A stretch of 64,000 nt of DNA from Chloroflexota bacterium. Its GTDB lineage: Bacteria; Chloroflexota; Dehalococcoidia; Lucifugimonadales; Lucifugimonadaceae. Below, one piece after another: positions 1 through 8,495 of the stretch; positions within the stretch are counted from its first letter, which is position 1; every line of letters begins with the position of its first letter. The translations under genes were made by a program, and so were the position numbers. The notes beneath the pieces were generated by a model, which was not told where the DNA came from, did not search any database, and saw nothing but the letters and a program-made list of their open reading frames with translations. Location of the stretch: contig JAJRZP010000139.1 of the NCBI GenBank assembly GCA_024275195.1, positions 5,645 to 69,644 of the forward strand, given 5' to 3'.

Positions 1-375
1 GTCTTGCTGATGCCAGTAGTCGCTGTTCTTGTGTGGGCGAACAGCTAGCTCTTTCGCCATCACCTGCGGGGTGGGTTTCCTGCATCGAGGTTGGTGTTGT
101 GCTGGGCACTCACAAGAACATCACTCATCACCTCAAACCTGTACCTGAACCCATTTCCAGTCAAAAACAAGCTCAGGTGTGAGAGCAGTTTAGATGGCCA
201 AGTACGCGCTTGACAGACTTTTAGGAATTGGCATAGCGTGCCCGAATCACCTATGGATGTGGTTTCTGCGAGAAGACCAACTAGAAGATTGCAGCGATAG
301 GAATGGTGAACTTTCTGATAAATCTTGGCCTGATGACGATACAGAAAGATTTGACGAGAGATGTCGTCAATCTTT

Positions 376-834
376 TTACTTTTCTGGAATCCGCGTTTTG
401 GAGAATCGAAACAGTGTTATCAGGAATCCTTGGACGATCGCCAATATGGCGAAAATCAGCGTAGTCGGAGAAAATGGAGATACCAGAACCGAATACACGA
501 CAATGAACACCGTGCAGAATCAGAGTTTCCATGACCTGGTTGGACGGCCGATGCTTCTGAGCCAGACGGATCGTGACATTGCCACTGTGAAAACAGACAG
601 CAGGATCATCCCCGAACTCATCAAGACGCCACCGATCGAGTAGTTGGCATCGTTCCGGACGTACTCTCTGGGAGCCAGAACATACACAGCGTAAAAAAAC
701 CACGAAACGTAGATGATGCTGAACAGACTGATTAGAGCCACAGTTGCTACTGCAATTCTCGAATAAAGAGGCAAGTGGTTAGCAAACATGCTCGAGTTGC
801 CTTGTATCGCACAACACTGAGTAGCTCCCGGCAC
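376..834 (-). CDS. hypothetical polytopic membrane protein interrupted by an in-frame TGA (520-522); candidate selenoprotein or TGG>TGA pseudogene
   Basis: The ORF-track frame 520..834 is TM-rich (IAVATVALISLFSIIYVSWFFYAVYVLA; IGGVLMSSGMILLSVFTVAM). It stays open past the TGA for 47 more codons (FCTVFIVVYSVLVSPFSPTTLIFAILAIVQGFLITLFRFSKTRIPEK) to TAA at 376-378. The charged loops fit the positive-inside rule. An internal ATG at 789 is a likelier start than GTG 834. No family recognised. Confidence 0.4.
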
Positions 835-907
835 ACTTAGTTGGGTAACGAGTCCAGAATGACAATTTAAATTACGGACTTCACAGTTCGGTCAATATCG
901 ACGCTAT

Positions 908-1378
908 TCACAGTTTCGCTATCTCATGCAGCAGTTCGTCTGTGGCCGGGATTGAATCGGTATAGACGTTCGACCAGCGGATAGTCCCGTCTGTATCGAT
1001 GATGAATATCGAGCGTTTTGGCATGCCTGTATCTTCATTGAACACGTCAAAAGCCTTCGCCACTTCGCCGTGCGGCCAAAAATCGCTGGCGACCGGGAAT
1101 GGTACACCCCCGACACCTTCGTGCTCCCCCATGCTGGTGACCCATGCTTTTTGAACGGCGAGCGAGTTGCAACTGATCTCGATAATCTCGGTGTTCAGAG
1201 CCTGAAACTTTTCGTAATTTGCGCGGAACCCGCGCACCTGGTTCAGTCAGCCACCAGTGAAGCTGGCTGGGTGGAATCCAACGACCACTACCTTGCCGCG
1301 CAGGTTCGAAAGCCTTATATCGCCTGAATGGGCGCTCAGTGAGATATCTGGTGCCGGTGTACCGGGCTGAAGTGCCAT
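908..1378 (-). CDS. peroxiredoxin (AhpC/TSA-BCP type) with in-frame UGA at the peroxidatic-Cys position; predicted selenoprotein
   Basis: The ORF track gives only the C-terminal 109 aa. The same frame extended upstream reads MALQPGTPAPDISLSAHSGDIRLSNLRGKVVVVGFHPASFTGG-TGA-LNQVRGFRANYEKF..., starting from ATG at 1378 with AAGGAG 12 nt upstream. The PxxxTxxC motif is intact except that TGA (1247-1249) stands in for Cys. Confidence 0.8.
1220..1236 (-). promoter_or_regulatory. SECIS-like hairpin downstream of the peroxiredoxin UGA
   Basis: The minus-strand RNA UGCGCGG-GUU-CCGCGCA forms a 7-bp GC-rich stem with a GU-containing apical loop. The stem begins about 11 nt after the UGA, and the loop lies 18-20 nt downstream of it. 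Confidence 0.5.
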
Positions 1379-1436
1379 ATGAACTTACTACTCCTTATTC
1401 TTATAGTTTTTCTGAACGATCTTGTCGCGAGGGATT

Positions 1437-2288
1437 TTACGCACGATCCCAATCCCATATTCGCAACGCATTGCCGCCAAGATACTTGTCTCGCTCTAAG
1501 GGTGTCAGCCAGTCGAAGCCTTCTCTAACCAACTTCAGTTCGTCTTCGAGCGACAACCAACCATGTTCCACTCGGTGATATCCGGGATACCCCGTACCCC
1601 ACATCACTCGGTCGATCCCGAAGGTATTTACCGCCATTTTGATCACATCGTGCATGTCGGTGAACGGAAACTCGCCTTCGGAACGATTGTGAATATCCGA
1701 AATCTTCATCAAAACGTTATCGTGGATCGCCAATGCCAGGACGGGTTTGTAGCTATTCCAATCAGGCGCCATATTCGGCTCCGGGTACATCATGTGGTCG
1801 ATCAACCATGTGATACCCGGATACTTCGATGCAACGTAGTCGAGTTGATGTGCATGCTCAGGTCGATTGTGGATCTGGACAATACCTCCGCGTTTCTCGA
1901 TCTGCCGAAACATCGCTTCGTTCTCTGAACGTTTCAGAATATCGACATCTGGGTAGTACTGCGGGTGGAACCGGAATCCCTGCATCTTCCGCTCGTCCAT
2001 CCAATGAACAGCAGTCTCAGCGTTGTTGTTGTCCATCGGATCGACCAATCCCATCGAGACGAATCGATCCGGGTACTTGATGGCCGAAGCCGCCACGTAC
2101 TCGTTATCCCACGTAGAGAAGGAAGTCTGAACCAGAACGGTCTTGTCGACGCCATTCTCGTCCATATCGGCCAGTAAGAGTTCAGCATTACCATGCGCCG
2201 CGGGTTTCGATGTGAAGTTTGGTGCGCTCGGACCAATCGGTGCAATCGGTGGCATCTCCCATATATGAACGTGGGTATCGACAATCAT
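1437..2288 (-). CDS. amidohydrolase_2-family metal-dependent hydrolase (TIM barrel)
   Basis: 283 aa with N-terminal MIVDTHVHIW metal-binding motif. Length and motifs are typical of the ACMSD/LigI/lactonase-type amidohydrolase_2 family. Confidence 0.85.
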   Translation of the reverse strand: MIVDTHVHIWEMPPIAPIGPSAPNFTSKPAAHGNAELLLADMDENGVDKTVLVQTSFSTWDNEYVAASAIKYPDRFVSMGLVDPMDNNNAETAVHWMDERKMQGFRFHPQYYPDVDILKRSENEAMFRQIEKRGGIVQIHNRPEHAHQLDYVASKYPGITWLIDHMMYPEPNMAPDWNSYKPVLALAIHDNVLMKISDIHNRSEGEFPFTDMHDVIKMAVNTFGIDRVMWGTGYPGYHRVEHGWLSLEDELKLVREGFDWLTPLERDKYLGGNALRIWDWDRA

Positions 2289-2424
2289 TCGGTATGGGAA
2301 CTCCCGGTGCTTCGGCGTTGTTCGTGGCTATGTTACGAAACCGGGGATAGCTTACCTGTGACTGATCAGGTTTGGAGTATTTAGGGAATCAGTCGATAGT
2401 AAGAATACGCTCTCAACCTCGCAG

Positions 2425-2468
2425 CCCACCACCGAACATCCCTGCTCAGGAGTCGGGCTTTCGAACGT
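2425..2468 (-). repeat. intergenic conserved element, copy D (minus-strand sense)
   Basis: The minus strand reads ACGTTCGAAAGCCCGACTCCTGAGCAGGGATGTTCGGTGGTGGG. It matches copies at 55071, 56460, 61748 and 40664, and lies 136 nt upstream of the amidohydrolase_2 start at 2288. Confidence 0.6.
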
Positions 2469-2521
2469 ACGGGCAAGACCGACCGAGGTGGTACTACGGT
2501 CGCAGATTGGCGATCGATTGA

Positions 2522-3988
2522 CTACTCGGCGGGCGCCCACCGCAGCACCGGCTTGCGCGCTGCCGTCGCTTCGTCGAGGCGGGTAACCGGTAGATCGTGC
2601 GGCGCCTCGAGGATCACTGCAGGGTTCGAGTCAATTTCGTCGTCGATCTGTCGCATTACGGCGATGAAGTGATCGAGAGTCTCTTTCGATTCCGATTCTG
2701 TAGGTTCGACCATCAAAGCTTCGTCAACAATCAGCGGAAAGTACATCGTTGGTGCGTGAATGCCGAAGTCGAGAAGGCGTTTGGCAATATCGATCCCCGC
2801 GACACCACGCTTTTTCTGTCGCGTCGCTGAGAGAACGGTTTCGTGCATGCAGTACCGGTCGGCAGCGAGATCGTACTTGTCTCGTAACTTCGCCTGAATG
2901 TAGTTGGCGCTGATGATCGCATTCTCGGACACCGATTGCAGCCCTTCGAGTCCCAGCGCCTTTATGTACGCATACGCTCGTGCAGCTATCGAGAACGATC
3001 CGTGAAAGCCATTGATCGTGCCGATCGACTGTTCTGGGCTTGCCAGCAGATAACCAGCGTCGGCCTTCTCAGCAACCGGCTTAGGCAGGTACTTCGCCAG
3101 TTCGTCGGTGACCATTACCGGACCCGATCCAGGGCCACCCCCGCCGTGCGGGGTTGAGAACGTTTTATGAAGATTCGAATGGCAGATATCGACGCCCAGA
3201 TCACCGAGCTTCACGAGTCCCAACAACGCATTGAGGTTTGCGCCATCGGCGTACACAAGACCGCCAGCATTGTGAATGATGGTGGTTATTTCGAGAATAT
3301 TCGGTTCGAACAATCCGAGCGTACTCGGAATCGTCAGCATGAACACTGCGGTGTTCGAACTGGCCAGCTCTTTCAGGTTCTCAACGTCCACGTTGCCCTG
3401 TGCGTCCGAGCGAACTGTGACTACGTCAAGGCCAGCCATCGAAGCCGAGGCAGGGTTGGTGCCGTGGGCAGAGTCAGGAACGATAGCGACGGTGCGTTTA
3501 TCGTCGTTGCGTGCATCGTGATAAGCCCGGGCGATGAGCAGACCTGCATACTCGCCCTGTGCGCCAGCGAGCGGCGCAAGAGAAACTCCCGGTAGTCCGG
3601 TTATCTCGCCAAGATCATCCTGTAGCGCCTTCAAGAGCCGGATTGCACCCTGAACCGTTTCTTCGGGCTGAAGTGGGTGAATTTCGGCAAGACCGGGAAG
3701 ATTCGCCAGCTCGTCATTGATCTTCGGGTTGTACTTCATCGTGCACGAACCCAGGGGATAGAAATTTGTGTCGATCGAAAAGTTGAGTTGACTCAACACC
3801 GAGAAATACCGAATCACATCGAGCTGTGAGACCTCTGGGAGTTCAACGTCGTCGCGAAGAAGAGAAGAATCAGGCAACTCCTGGGCGGGTACGTCGGACT
3901 CTGGAACCGTGAAGGCTTTTCGCCCTGTCACTGAGCGATCCATAAGCAGTCGGCGGTCCAGGTCACCTGCATTGGTGGTGATTGTCAT
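2522..3988 (-). CDS. gcvPB: glycine dehydrogenase (decarboxylating) subunit 2
   Basis: 488 aa with clear P-protein C-terminal-half similarity (PLGSCTMKYNP, NLHKTFSTPHGGGGPG). Its start overlaps the gcvPA stop (ATGA). Confidence 0.95.
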   Translation of the reverse strand: MTITTNAGDLDRRLLMDRSVTGRKAFTVPESDVPAQELPDSSLLRDDVELPEVSQLDVIRYFSVLSQLNFSIDTNFYPLGSCTMKYNPKINDELANLPGLAEIHPLQPEETVQGAIRLLKALQDDLGEITGLPGVSLAPLAGAQGEYAGLLIARAYHDARNDDKRTVAIVPDSAHGTNPASASMAGLDVVTVRSDAQGNVDVENLKELASSNTAVFMLTIPSTLGLFEPNILEITTIIHNAGGLVYADGANLNALLGLVKLGDLGVDICHSNLHKTFSTPHGGGGPGSGPVMVTDELAKYLPKPVAEKADAGYLLASPEQSIGTINGFHGSFSIAARAYAYIKALGLEGLQSVSENAIISANYIQAKLRDKYDLAADRYCMHETVLSATRQKKRGVAGIDIAKRLLDFGIHAPTMYFPLIVDEALMVEPTESESKETLDHFIAVMRQIDDEIDSNPAVILEAPHDLPVTRLDEATAARKPVLRWAPAE

Positions 3989-5328
3989 GATCTGTCACCG
4001 ATCTCGCCGAGGGCCGCGACCAACCTGTCGATATCAGCTTTCGAACTCGTCTCAGTAACGCAGATCAGCATGCTCTTCTCTGCGCGATCCGAAATGTCCA
4101 ACCCACCGATGATCTTTCTTTCGAGCAGTGCGGCGTTGACGCTCTGAGGAGAGGCAGGGCAGCGAACTACAAATTCGTGGAAGAACGTGCCGTTGGTCTC
4201 GACTGAAAAACCTTCGAGACGGTTGATCTCAGAGGCGGCGTAGTGTGCCTTCTGATAGCAGAGGCTCGCGAGATCCTTCATGCCCTGCTTGCCAAGTGTC
4301 GCGACGTATACCGCTACCATGAGGCCGATCAACTGCGTGCTGGTGCATATGTTCGAGGTGGCACGTTCACGCCTGATGTGCTGCTCACGTGTCTGGAGAG
4401 TAAGCGCATATCCGATGCGCCCCTGTGTATCGGTCGTACGGCCGATGATACGACCTGGCATCTGCCTGATATGCGACTTCTTGCATGCGAACAGTCCAAC
4501 GTAAGGACCGCCGAATGCCATGGGAACACCCAATGGCTGACCCTCGGCGGTCACGATGTCCACATCGAAGTCCCCTGGCGGCCTGAATAGTCCCAGCGCA
4601 GTCGGATTTACGTGAACGACCGACAACGCGCCGCTATCATGGGCAAGTTTCGTAAGGCGCTCCACGTCTTCGATTGCTCCGAAGAAGTTCGGGCTCTGTA
4701 TACCGATACAGGCAAGGTCGTCTGGAATTTCAGTGACATCCGGCGAAAGCTCGACAATCTCGATGCCCTGATGCTTCGAGTATGCATCCAGTGTTTCGGG
4801 CAATCTACGATCGGCACTCGCAAGTACACCGATTCTCGTTCGCTTGGTGACCCGGGCAGCCATGAGGCATGCCTCAGCAAACGCCGTTGGACCGTCGTAC
4901 ATTCCAGCATTTGCAACTTCCATGCCGGTCAACTGACAGATAATCGTCTGAAATTCGAACCCGACCTGAAGCGTTCCCTGCGCAGCTTCTGGCTGGTACG
5001 GCGTGTATGCAGTTACGAATTCGCCTCTCTGGAGAATCGAACGAACGGTCGAGGGAATGTAGTGGCTGTACGCACCGGCACCCAGAAACGATATGTACCC
5101 GGTTGCAGATGAGGCGTTTTCGGCAGCAAACGAGCTGAAAACGCTCGAAAGCTCCTGTTCGGAAAGACCCGCGGCAAGACTCAGTCTCGGATGACGGTAT
5201 TCAATTGGAATGTCGCCGAGTAAGTCGTCGAGCGAATTGACACCGATCACACCCAGCATCTCTCTGCGTTCAGAATCGGTTGAGGGGATATATGGGTGGT
5301 TTGGGGAAGTGTTTACAGATGAAGCCAT
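3985..5328 (-). CDS. gcvPA: glycine dehydrogenase (decarboxylating) subunit 1
   Basis: 447 aa matching the P-protein N-terminal half (FLGAGAYSHYIP, TPYQPE). It ends in TGA, which shows TGA is an ordinary stop codon in this genome. Confidence 0.95.
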   Translation of the reverse strand: MASSVNTSPNHPYIPSTDSERREMLGVIGVNSLDDLLGDIPIEYRHPRLSLAAGLSEQELSSVFSSFAAENASSATGYISFLGAGAYSHYIPSTVRSILQRGEFVTAYTPYQPEAAQGTLQVGFEFQTIICQLTGMEVANAGMYDGPTAFAEACLMAARVTKRTRIGVLASADRRLPETLDAYSKHQGIEIVELSPDVTEIPDDLACIGIQSPNFFGAIEDVERLTKLAHDSGALSVVHVNPTALGLFRPPGDFDVDIVTAEGQPLGVPMAFGGPYVGLFACKKSHIRQMPGRIIGRTTDTQGRIGYALTLQTREQHIRRERATSNICTSTQLIGLMVAVYVATLGKQGMKDLASLCYQKAHYAASEINRLEGFSVETNGTFFHEFVVRCPASPQSVNAALLERKIIGGLDISDRAEKSMLICVTETSSKADIDRLVAALGEIGDRS

Positions 5329-5339
5329 CGAAGTAATCG

Positions 5340-5714
5340 TTACTCCAACGTTGCTTCGTAGCTGCTGGCATTCATAAGTTCATCGAGTTGCGCAGTTCCC
5401 GAAAGCTCGACTTTTACCAGCCAGCCTGCTCCATAGGGCTCGGCATTGACGACCTCAGGTGTTTCTGTCGCGGCTGTGTTGACCGCAACGATTTTGCCAC
5501 CGACCGGTGAGAAGAGATCACTCACCGCTTTCACCGACTCGATCTCGCCAAACTTGGCGAACTGTTTGATCTCCGACCCAACGTCTGGGAGATCGACAAA
5601 CACAACATCGCCAAGCGATTCCTGCGCAAACACTGTCACGCCGACCTCGGCTACATTGCCGTCCATGCGCACCCATTCGTGTTCCTTTGAGTATTTGAGA
5701 TCGTCCGGGTACAT
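5340..5714 (-). CDS. gcvH: glycine cleavage system H protein
   Basis: 124 aa with lipoyl-lysine context GEIESVKAVSDLFSPV, inside the gcv operon. Confidence 0.95.
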   Translation of the reverse strand: MYPDDLKYSKEHEWVRMDGNVAEVGVTVFAQESLGDVVFVDLPDVGSEIKQFAKFGEIESVKAVSDLFSPVGGKIVAVNTAATETPEVVNAEPYGAGWLVKVELSGTAQLDELMNASSYEATLE

Positions 5715-5787
5715 CTAAGTTCACATTCCAATCAATGGCCCAGCGGATGGGCAGGTTCTATATCGACAAACCGATCAGGCGAGAAGC

Positions 5788-6933
5788 CTAACTGCGTTTG
5801 TAAAAGGGCATATCAACAACTTCTGCTTCAACCAGTCGCCCACGGACATCAATCACCAACGGAGTACCAATCGCAGAGTGGTTTTGCTCAACGTAGCCCA
5901 TGCCAATACCACCGTCAACAGTCGGTGAATGTGTACCCGATGTTACCGTTCCGATTACATTCGTGTCGTTTGCACTGGACGACCCGCCTGCGAGTATTTT
6001 GAGCCCCGCACGGGGAATGCCCCGGCCAACCATTTTGAGTCCGACAAGTGCGCGCGGCAGTTCTGATTCTGAGATACTCCTCAATGCTGTTCGTGCAACA
6101 TAGTTGGATGCACCGAAGTAGGCATACCGGCCCAATCCCGCCTCGAACGGGTTCGTTTCGGTCGATAGGTCGTTGCCGTGAAGCGGAAGGCCTGCTTCTA
6201 GCCGAAGGACGTCCCGCGCTCCAAGACCGCACTCTATCGCACCCGCAGTTCGAAGCGCTTTCCACAGCTTCACTCCCCGGTTGGCAGCGACGATAATCTC
6301 GAACCCATCTTCTCCCGTGTAGCCGGTGCGAGCGAGCGTTGCAGGTATTCCGTCGACAACGGCACTGCCGAGTCGAAAACGCCTGATCTTCGATGCTTCA
6401 CCGTTGGATAGCGAATCAACGATATTCACAGCGGTCGGCCCCTGGATTGCGATCATTGCTGTGTCGCCAGTGGTCACGGTCAGGGTGAAGTCCGATCGGC
6501 CAGCGATATGCGAATCAATCCATTCCATATCCACTTCGGTGTTGCCAGCATTGATTACCAGCAGGAATTTTTCTTCACCCGTGCGGTAGACCATCGCATC
6601 GTCGATAATTCCGCCTGCGGTGTTACAGATGAAGTTGTACTTGCCTCGTCCGATTTTCAGTGCAGGCAGATTCGCCGAGAGTATTGAGCTTAGGAAAGAC
6701 TCGGCCCCCACACCCTCGAATTCGAGCCGCCCCATGTGGGATACATCGAACATTCCAGCCGTGTTCCGTACAGCACTTACTTCGGCAATGATTCCGCTCG
6801 TGTACTGAACCGGCATGTCCCAGCCGCCGAACGGAACCATGCGGGCGTTCGATTCGAGATGAATTGAGTGCAGGACTGTTTCCTTGAACCGTTCATGTTG
6901 CACTGACTGAGTTTGCGAATCTGCGCTCAACAT
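5788..6933 (-). CDS. gcvT: aminomethyltransferase (glycine cleavage T protein)
   Basis: 381 aa with typical GcvT motifs (FGGWDMPVQY, MFDVSHMG, ARTGYTGEDGFEI). It is the first gene of the gcv operon. Confidence 0.95.
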   Translation of the reverse strand: MLSADSQTQSVQHERFKETVLHSIHLESNARMVPFGGWDMPVQYTSGIIAEVSAVRNTAGMFDVSHMGRLEFEGVGAESFLSSILSANLPALKIGRGKYNFICNTAGGIIDDAMVYRTGEEKFLLVINAGNTEVDMEWIDSHIAGRSDFTLTVTTGDTAMIAIQGPTAVNIVDSLSNGEASKIRRFRLGSAVVDGIPATLARTGYTGEDGFEIIVAANRGVKLWKALRTAGAIECGLGARDVLRLEAGLPLHGNDLSTETNPFEAGLGRYAYFGASNYVARTALRSISESELPRALVGLKMVGRGIPRAGLKILAGGSSSANDTNVIGTVTSGTHSPTVDGGIGMGYVEQNHSAIGTPLVIDVRGRLVEAEVVDMPFYKRS

Positions 6934-7085
6934 CTACTCCGGTCACACGAGTTCATCACGGTGGCTGATCAGGACGTTGATAGCGTGCGATATCCTACTG
7001 ATTCGAGATCAAGTTCGCACGTACCGTTCAACGCCTAGAAATTTTAACCTGAATCTACCGGAATTGCTCCGGTTTCTCGAAGATC

Positions 7086-8222
7086 ATGCCAGATTTATCC
7101 AGTCGCAAAATAGTTTCGAATGCCACACCACTACCTGCCGAAGCGCCAGCCGCCGTTCAGGCAGGTGGCAGGTTCTTTACATCAGGGATTATCTCCGACC
7201 GTGCAGGCGGGCTTGAATCCGAATCTCATCGAGTGTTTCAGCTCATTGCAGAACTTCTCAGGAGCAGCGGTGTGGCGCGAGGGGATGTGGTTCGTACGCG
7301 CATATGGCACACATCGAAGAACGGAATCGAAGCTGAGAAGGCTCTCCGAATTGTTCATGGTGTGATATTTGATCACCCCGGCCCTACCCTGACCATCGTG
7401 CAGGTCGAACGCCTACCCGGTGGGGTCGAAGTTTCGGTCGAGTTGGAAGGAATCGTAGGCAGTGCTGAGAATGCGGTTCGGTTCGAATCGGACTTTGATT
7501 CGTCGAGTTCACTTGCCGTACGTGTCGGCGACGAGTTTTGGACCTCCGGGCTGAAAGGTGACCCAAACGCAGATCGCGACACGCAGGTGGCCCAGGCCGT
7601 AGGAGATGCCCGAGGACTCATGGAGCGTGCAGGTGTCGGTGAGGGTGATGTCGTTTCGACACGTCATTTCATGCGTCAGGATGTCCAGTTCAAGTCGGAT
7701 CCTACCGAGTGGCTGGCGTTCAAAGCTCTTTCTATACCAACTTCCGCCGGTATTGCGGTCGCAGGAGTTGGCGATCCGAAGCACGCCTTCATGCTCGAAC
7801 TGGAAGGGGTGATCGGGGCATCAAGTGATAGAACGAATCTCCGTTCAGGTCGCACGTCGGAAGTCGACCACAACTACTGTCGAGCTGTACGGGTTGGCGG
7901 TGGCGATCTGGTCTACGTGGCGGGAACCACGGCCATAGTCCCCGCCGATATGGTCCAGCACCCCTTCGAGGTTGGCCCACAGGTCAAAGACACGTTGGAG
8001 ATAATTCGATGGGCGCTCAGTAAGATTGGTCTTCGATGGGATGATCTTATCCACACGCGTACATACGTAGTGGGCGGTGACGAGAAAGTTGCCGAAGCAA
8101 TTACGGCACTGGAAGACGTGCTTCCCGTGAATCAGGTTGCCAGCACTATTATCGGAGTTCCGGTGCTCGGTCGCCCTGAAGTCGTCGTCGAGATCGAAGC
8201 AAGGGCGATAAAAATCAGTTAA
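7086..8222 (+). CDS. protein with three tandem RidA/YjgF/UK114-like domains
   Basis: 378 aa, equal to 3 x ~125 aa. Each third shows the RidA-like pattern: xxVxxGxxxxTSG/VAG near the start, a (V/I)xTRxx strand, and a (V/L)E(L/I)E(G/A) C-terminal strand (VSVELEGI, FMLELEGV, VVVEIEARAI). Confidence 0.8.
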   Translation: MPDLSSRKIVSNATPLPAEAPAAVQAGGRFFTSGIISDRAGGLESESHRVFQLIAELLRSSGVARGDVVRTRIWHTSKNGIEAEKALRIVHGVIFDHPGPTLTIVQVERLPGGVEVSVELEGIVGSAENAVRFESDFDSSSSLAVRVGDEFWTSGLKGDPNADRDTQVAQAVGDARGLMERAGVGEGDVVSTRHFMRQDVQFKSDPTEWLAFKALSIPTSAGIAVAGVGDPKHAFMLELEGVIGASSDRTNLRSGRTSEVDHNYCRAVRVGGGDLVYVAGTTAIVPADMVQHPFEVGPQVKDTLEIIRWALSKIGLRWDDLIHTRTYVVGGDEKVAEAITALEDVLPVNQVASTIIGVPVLGRPEVVVEIEARAIKIS

Positions 8223-8495
8223 TTCTCGTTTCGCTGGTCGCTCGCACGTACGAAACTAACTTCCCGATATAAGCAAAGCGAAATAGAGCGATCTCGATTG
8301 AGTTACGTGGTTACGCAGCTTTCGACGTCTTGTGAATGCCGCTACGCGGCCACCAAAGCGTGATGAACGTGCCGGGTAGCAGGCTATTCGTAGGCGGCGA
8401 GATCCTTCCAGTCCGCTACGCTACGGTCAGGAAATCGGATGGGGGGAGTGCCGGTTTTGATGTGGGTTGTGACCTATTGCGAACATAGGCGCGCG

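Noticed and set aside
1-60. Window edge: either a minus-strand start (MAKELAVRPHKNSDYWHQQD...) or a plus-strand C-terminus (...VLLMPVVAVLVWANS-stop at 46-48)
   Set aside because: Both readings are 20 codons or fewer and mutually exclusive, and neither is recognisable. There is too little sequence to call either.
194-703. Track ORFs 194..643 (+, 149 aa) and 281..703 (-, 140 aa), which overlap the membrane-protein frame
   Set aside because: Neither translation resembles any family I know, and the minus-strand one is Cys/Arg-rich and looks like noise. The third frame (376..834, minus strand) gives a coherent four-helix membrane protein. I treat the other two as shadow ORFs, though without codon statistics I cannot formally exclude 194..643.
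520-1249. Alternative genetic code (TGA read as Trp or Gly) as an explanation for the two in-frame TGAs
   Set aside because: Conserved genes in the same window terminate at TGA at the expected protein ends (gcvPA at 3985-3987, the histidine kinase at 32568-32570, the lipoprotein at 52421-52423). TGA is therefore a general stop codon here.
2289-2424. TPP-riboswitch-like fragments (UUGAGA ... ACCUGAUCAG) downstream of element copy D
   Set aside because: Only two short fragments match. The GGGGUGC and GCCAGCG cores are absent, the downstream gene is not thiamine-related, and the other element copies lack these fragments.
6934-7085. Expected glycine riboswitch upstream of gcvT
   Set aside because: I looked on the minus strand for the conserved GGAGAG...CACCGAAGGGGCAA...CUCAGGCAAAAGGAC cores. 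I found only a small hairpin (ACCGGA-GCAAU-UCCGGU) and a loose UUCAGGUUAAAA, which does not match the consensus. A covariance-model scan would be needed to be certain.
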